Positions 60,894 to 64,000 of a stretch of 64,000 nucleotides of DNA are shown here, one piece after another. Origin of the DNA: Calditrichia bacterium (GTDB lineage: Bacteria > Calditrichota > Calditrichia > RBG-13-44-9 > J075); the NCBI GenBank assembly GCA_050633245.1, contig JBOEGD010000005.1, positions 60,076 through 124,075 of the forward strand, written 5' to 3'. Numbering within the stretch: the stretch's first letter is position 1; the number at the start of each line of letters is the position of its first letter. A program made the translations under genes and the position numbers. The notes under the pieces were generated by a model. The model did not search any database. It saw nothing but the letters and a program-made list of their open reading frames with translations, and was not told where the DNA came from.

Positions 60894-63707
60894 ATGAGCA
60901 GTTATAGTGTCGGACAACGTTGGATAAGCGAGATGGAGCCAGAACTGGGTCTCGGAATTATTCTTCGCGTAGAGCATCGTACCATTACCATATTATTTCC
61001 CGGTAGTAACGACATGCGTCAGTATGCCATGAGCAGTGCTCCTTTAAAGCGCGTGCGCTTTAAGGTTGGTGATCGCATTACCGATCAGGGTGGTGGCAGC
61101 TTTACGGTAGAAAATGTGGCAGAGGAAAACAATCTGCTTATTTATGAAGGCGAAGGGGGCCGTAGACTTCCTGAAAGCCAGCTCAGCGATTCGCTAAGTT
61201 TTAGTACCCCGGAAGAGCGCTTGCTCGCCGGACAGGCCGACAAACGCGATGTGTTCGATCTGCGTGCCGATGCACTGGAAACGCGCTTCCGTTTGCGCCA
61301 CTCTCCAATGCGCGGGTTTCTTGGTGGACGTATTGATTTAATTCCACACCAGTTTTATATCGCCAACGAAATCTCCAAGCGTCAGCTGCCACGTGTTTTG
61401 CTATCTGATGAAGTTGGCTTGGGTAAAACTATCGAAGCCTGTCTTATTCTGCATCGTTTGCTTATTAGTGGGCGTATCGGTCGCGTTTTGATTCTAGTGC
61501 CACCTGCGCTCATTCACCAGTGGTATTTGGAGATGATGCGCCGTTTTAACATCAAATTTCGCATTGTTGATGAATCGTACTGTGAGGGGGTAGAATCCTC
61601 TAGTCCGGACAGCAATCCGTTTCTGGAAGATCAGCTTGCGCTGTGTAACATCAATTTTCTCAGTCGCGAAGGAATTCGGCAAGAGCAAGCTATTGCCGCA
61701 GGTTGGGATATGCTAATTGTCGATGAGGCACATCATGTTCGTCGTAAAACCAATGGCTATAAACTGCTGCAACGCCTCACCGAAAGTATTGAACGTGTGC
61801 TATTACTTACCGCGACTCCGGAGAAGCTGGGACGCGAGAGTCACTTTTCGCGGCTGCAGCTTCTCGACAATGCCCGCTACAGCAGCTACTCCCGCTTTCA
61901 AAAGGAAGCCGATGGTTATGCCGAGACCGCGGTTCTTGCCGGAGCCCTGCTCGATGGTCGCCCCCTGTTGCCAGCTCAGGCAAAGTTACTTGAAAAACTT
62001 CCGTTAAAGAGTCGCTACAGTGCTGCGGAGTTGGTTCAAAACAAGCTATCCAAAAATGAACGCGACGAAATTATCGATACGCTTTTGGATCGTCACGGTA
62101 CCGGACGCGTTATGTTTCGCAACACGCGCTCAGCGATTAAAGGTTTCCCGCAGCGTTTACCGAAATTGGCCGCCCTGCCGGGTAGCTCCGAGTTGAAAAA
62201 ACAGCTACAGGAAGAATTTAAGTCGGATGCCGTGCGTGGTGCTGCGGAACCGGAATATCTCTATCGTCGCGATCCGCGCGTGAAGTGGTTAACAGATATG
62301 CTACGCGAAATGCCGGATGAAAAAATCTTGCTAATTTGTCGTACTCGCAATCGTGCAGAAGGTATTCAAACGGCTGTCCAACAAATCATCAACGTGAAGT
62401 CTGCCCTCTTTCATGAAGATATGGCGCTGATTAAGCGCGATCAGAATGCAGCCTGGTTTGCCCAGGAAGATGGCGCGCAGCTATTAATCTGCTCTGAAAT
62501 TGGAAGTGAAGGGCGAAATTTTCAATTTGCGCATCACTTAGTGCTGTTTGATCTGCCATTAAACCCTGAATTACTGGAGCAACGCGTTGGACGTCTCGAC
62601 AGAATCGGCCAAAGCGAAGATATCAACATTCACGTGCCTTACGTTACAGGATCTCCACAGGCCTTTCTGGCGCGCTGGTATCATGAAGGATTAAACGCTC
62701 TGGAGAGACATTTGCCAGGTGGACAACAAATTGCTGAAGCCTTTGGTGCCAAGGTCGCCAAAGCTGCTCTGGCGAAACCCGGAGCAGCACACGATCAGCT
62801 AATTGCCGAAACCAAAACGTTTAGCATGAAGCTACGCAAAACTCTAGAACAGGGGCGTGATCGCTTATTGGAACTCAGCTCTTTTCGCCCACACGAAGCT
62901 CGGGATTTGGTTAGGCAGGTTCGCGAAACGGAGCGCGATCAGTCTCTACAGCATTTTTTAAGCAAGATGTTTGATCATTTTGGAGTAAAGTATCAGGATC
63001 TATCCCAGCATATCTCGCACATTCGTGCCGGTGATATGAAGGCGGATGCCTTTCCGGGTTTTGATGATAACGGTATGCGAATCACCTTTCACCGCAGAAT
63101 TGCTCTCAGTCGCGAAGACCTGCATTTCCTGAGTTGGGATCACCCGATGGTTACGGGGTCGATCGAGCTGATGCTCGGAACTGAGGAAGGCAATTGTGCC
63201 ATTGCCGAATGGCGAACCAATGAGGAGGAAATGTTTTTTGTTGAGGCATATTTCGTTGCGGAATGTGTTGCACCAGGGCATCTGGTAATCGATCGTTTCT
63301 TTCCACCACTGCCAATCCGGGTGGTGCTCAATGATCTTCTTGAAGATTATACCGAACACATGAGTCGCGAGATTCTGCAGCGTAACCTGCGAGACCTGAA
63401 GGTCTCTGAAGTAAGCGAAGATCCGGATTTTACCAAATATCGCTTTGGAGAAATGCTGGCGGAGTGCAAAGACATTGCTGAAAAGCGCAATGTCGAAGCA
63501 ATCTCTCAGGCAACAGAGAGTATGGAACAGCGACTTGGTAGTGAGATAAAGCGTTTACAAGAGCTGCGAAAGGTGAATAAAAATATTACTGCGGCAGAGA
63601 TCGAGCGCGCCGAGCGGGAAATACCGCTGCTGCGAAAACACATCAGCGAAGCTCGGCTACGACTGGATTGTCTGCGTGTTATCCGTAAAGGACGTAAGCT
63701 GGATTGA
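60894..63707 (+). CDS. rapA: RNA polymerase-associated Swi2/Snf2 ATPase RapA
   Basis: GQRWISE.EPELGLG, DEVGLGKT, DEAHH, TATP, SEIGSEGRNFQ, EQRVGRLDRIGQ. Confidence 0.96.
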   Translation: MSSYSVGQRWISEMEPELGLGIILRVEHRTITILFPGSNDMRQYAMSSAPLKRVRFKVGDRITDQGGGSFTVENVAEENNLLIYEGEGGRRLPESQLSDSLSFSTPEERLLAGQADKRDVFDLRADALETRFRLRHSPMRGFLGGRIDLIPHQFYIANEISKRQLPRVLLSDEVGLGKTIEACLILHRLLISGRIGRVLILVPPALIHQWYLEMMRRFNIKFRIVDESYCEGVESSSPDSNPFLEDQLALCNINFLSREGIRQEQAIAAGWDMLIVDEAHHVRRKTNGYKLLQRLTESIERVLLLTATPEKLGRESHFSRLQLLDNARYSSYSRFQKEADGYAETAVLAGALLDGRPLLPAQAKLLEKLPLKSRYSAAELVQNKLSKNERDEIIDTLLDRHGTGRVMFRNTRSAIKGFPQRLPKLAALPGSSELKKQLQEEFKSDAVRGAAEPEYLYRRDPRVKWLTDMLREMPDEKILLICRTRNRAEGIQTAVQQIINVKSALFHEDMALIKRDQNAAWFAQEDGAQLLICSEIGSEGRNFQFAHHLVLFDLPLNPELLEQRVGRLDRIGQSEDINIHVPYVTGSPQAFLARWYHEGLNALERHLPGGQQIAEAFGAKVAKAALAKPGAAHDQLIAETKTFSMKLRKTLEQGRDRLLELSSFRPHEARDLVRQVRETERDQSLQHFLSKMFDHFGVKYQDLSQHISHIRAGDMKADAFPGFDDNGMRITFHRRIALSREDLHFLSWDHPMVTGSIELMLGTEEGNCAIAEWRTNEEEMFFVEAYFVAECVAPGHLVIDRFFPPLPIRVVLNDLLEDYTEHMSREILQRNLRDLKVSEVSEDPDFTKYRFGEMLAECKDIAEKRNVEAISQATESMEQRLGSEIKRLQELRKVNKNITAAEIERAEREIPLLRKHISEARLRLDCLRVIRKGRKLD

Positions 63708-63713
63708 TAAAAG

Positions 63714-63950
63714 CTAGCGCTTCTTATAGTAATCAATGCCAAAAAGAAGAACGACTGCTCCAACGGTCGCGGTAATTAGCGAACCAATTAGACCGGTAGT
63801 GCTAAGACCAAGCAGCCCGAAAAGCAGCTTTCCAATAAACGATCCTACGACACCTATTCCGATATTACCCAACCAGCCAAAGCCTTCACCCTTCATTAAA
63901 TACCCGGCAAGAAACCCCGCCGCTGCGCCTACTACTAAAAATATTATCAT
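63714..63950 (-). CDS. GlsB/YeaQ/YmgE family membrane protein
   Basis: GFLAG.LM.G.GFG..GNI..GVVG, ATVGAVVLL. Confidence 0.9.
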   Translation of the reverse strand: MIIFLVVGAAAGFLAGYLMKGEGFGWLGNIGIGVVGSFIGKLLFGLLGLSTTGLIGSLITATVGAVVLLFGIDYYKKR

Positions 63951-63986
63951 AAAATATTCCTTTTGTTAATGTTCGATGTTTAATTG

Positions 63987-64000
63987 GTAGAGACGCAATG
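63987..64000. repeat. Left arm of a GTAG-type REP-like palindrome, cut by the window edge
   Basis: GTAGAGACGCAATG matches the left arm GTAGAACCGCAATG of the 34650 palindrome at 12 of 14 positions. Confidence 0.5.

Overview
A gene-dense bacterial chromosomal segment read with standard genetic code 11. The 'NYPNPFNPST' C-terminal sorting tail and the general gene set suggest an FCB-group organism such as Calditrichota; this is inference. Housekeeping genes (icd, uup, rapA, a cyclophilin, an RND efflux triad, a flippase and an O-antigen ligase) are mixed with long runs of short accessory genes (GNAT, VOC, DinB, LysE, SRPBCC, VanZ, NAT, CAT). I found no rRNA, tRNA, CRISPR-cas, integrase or transposase. 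Two signals stand out. (1) A secreted 139-codon minus-strand gene (42752-43171), truncated by the ORF track, has an in-frame UGA inside a PNPF-x sorting-domain-like motif, followed immediately by a two-stem hairpin matching the bacterial SECIS pattern: a candidate new selenoprotein. (2) A dispersed composite intergenic repeat (31-bp hairpin plus a TTCAAA-N15-TATAAT-like box pair with invariant spacing, plus a related palindrome) occurs in five clusters at junctions of accessory gene runs. Also present: a sigma54-type promoter before a lipoprotein/CHAP-hydrolase trio, an orphan DNA methyltransferase, a kinase-type ECF sigma with no adjacent kinase, a Cys-to-Ser zinc-ribbon protein and a frameshifted prpF. 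All calls come from reading the sequence by eye; no database searches were run.
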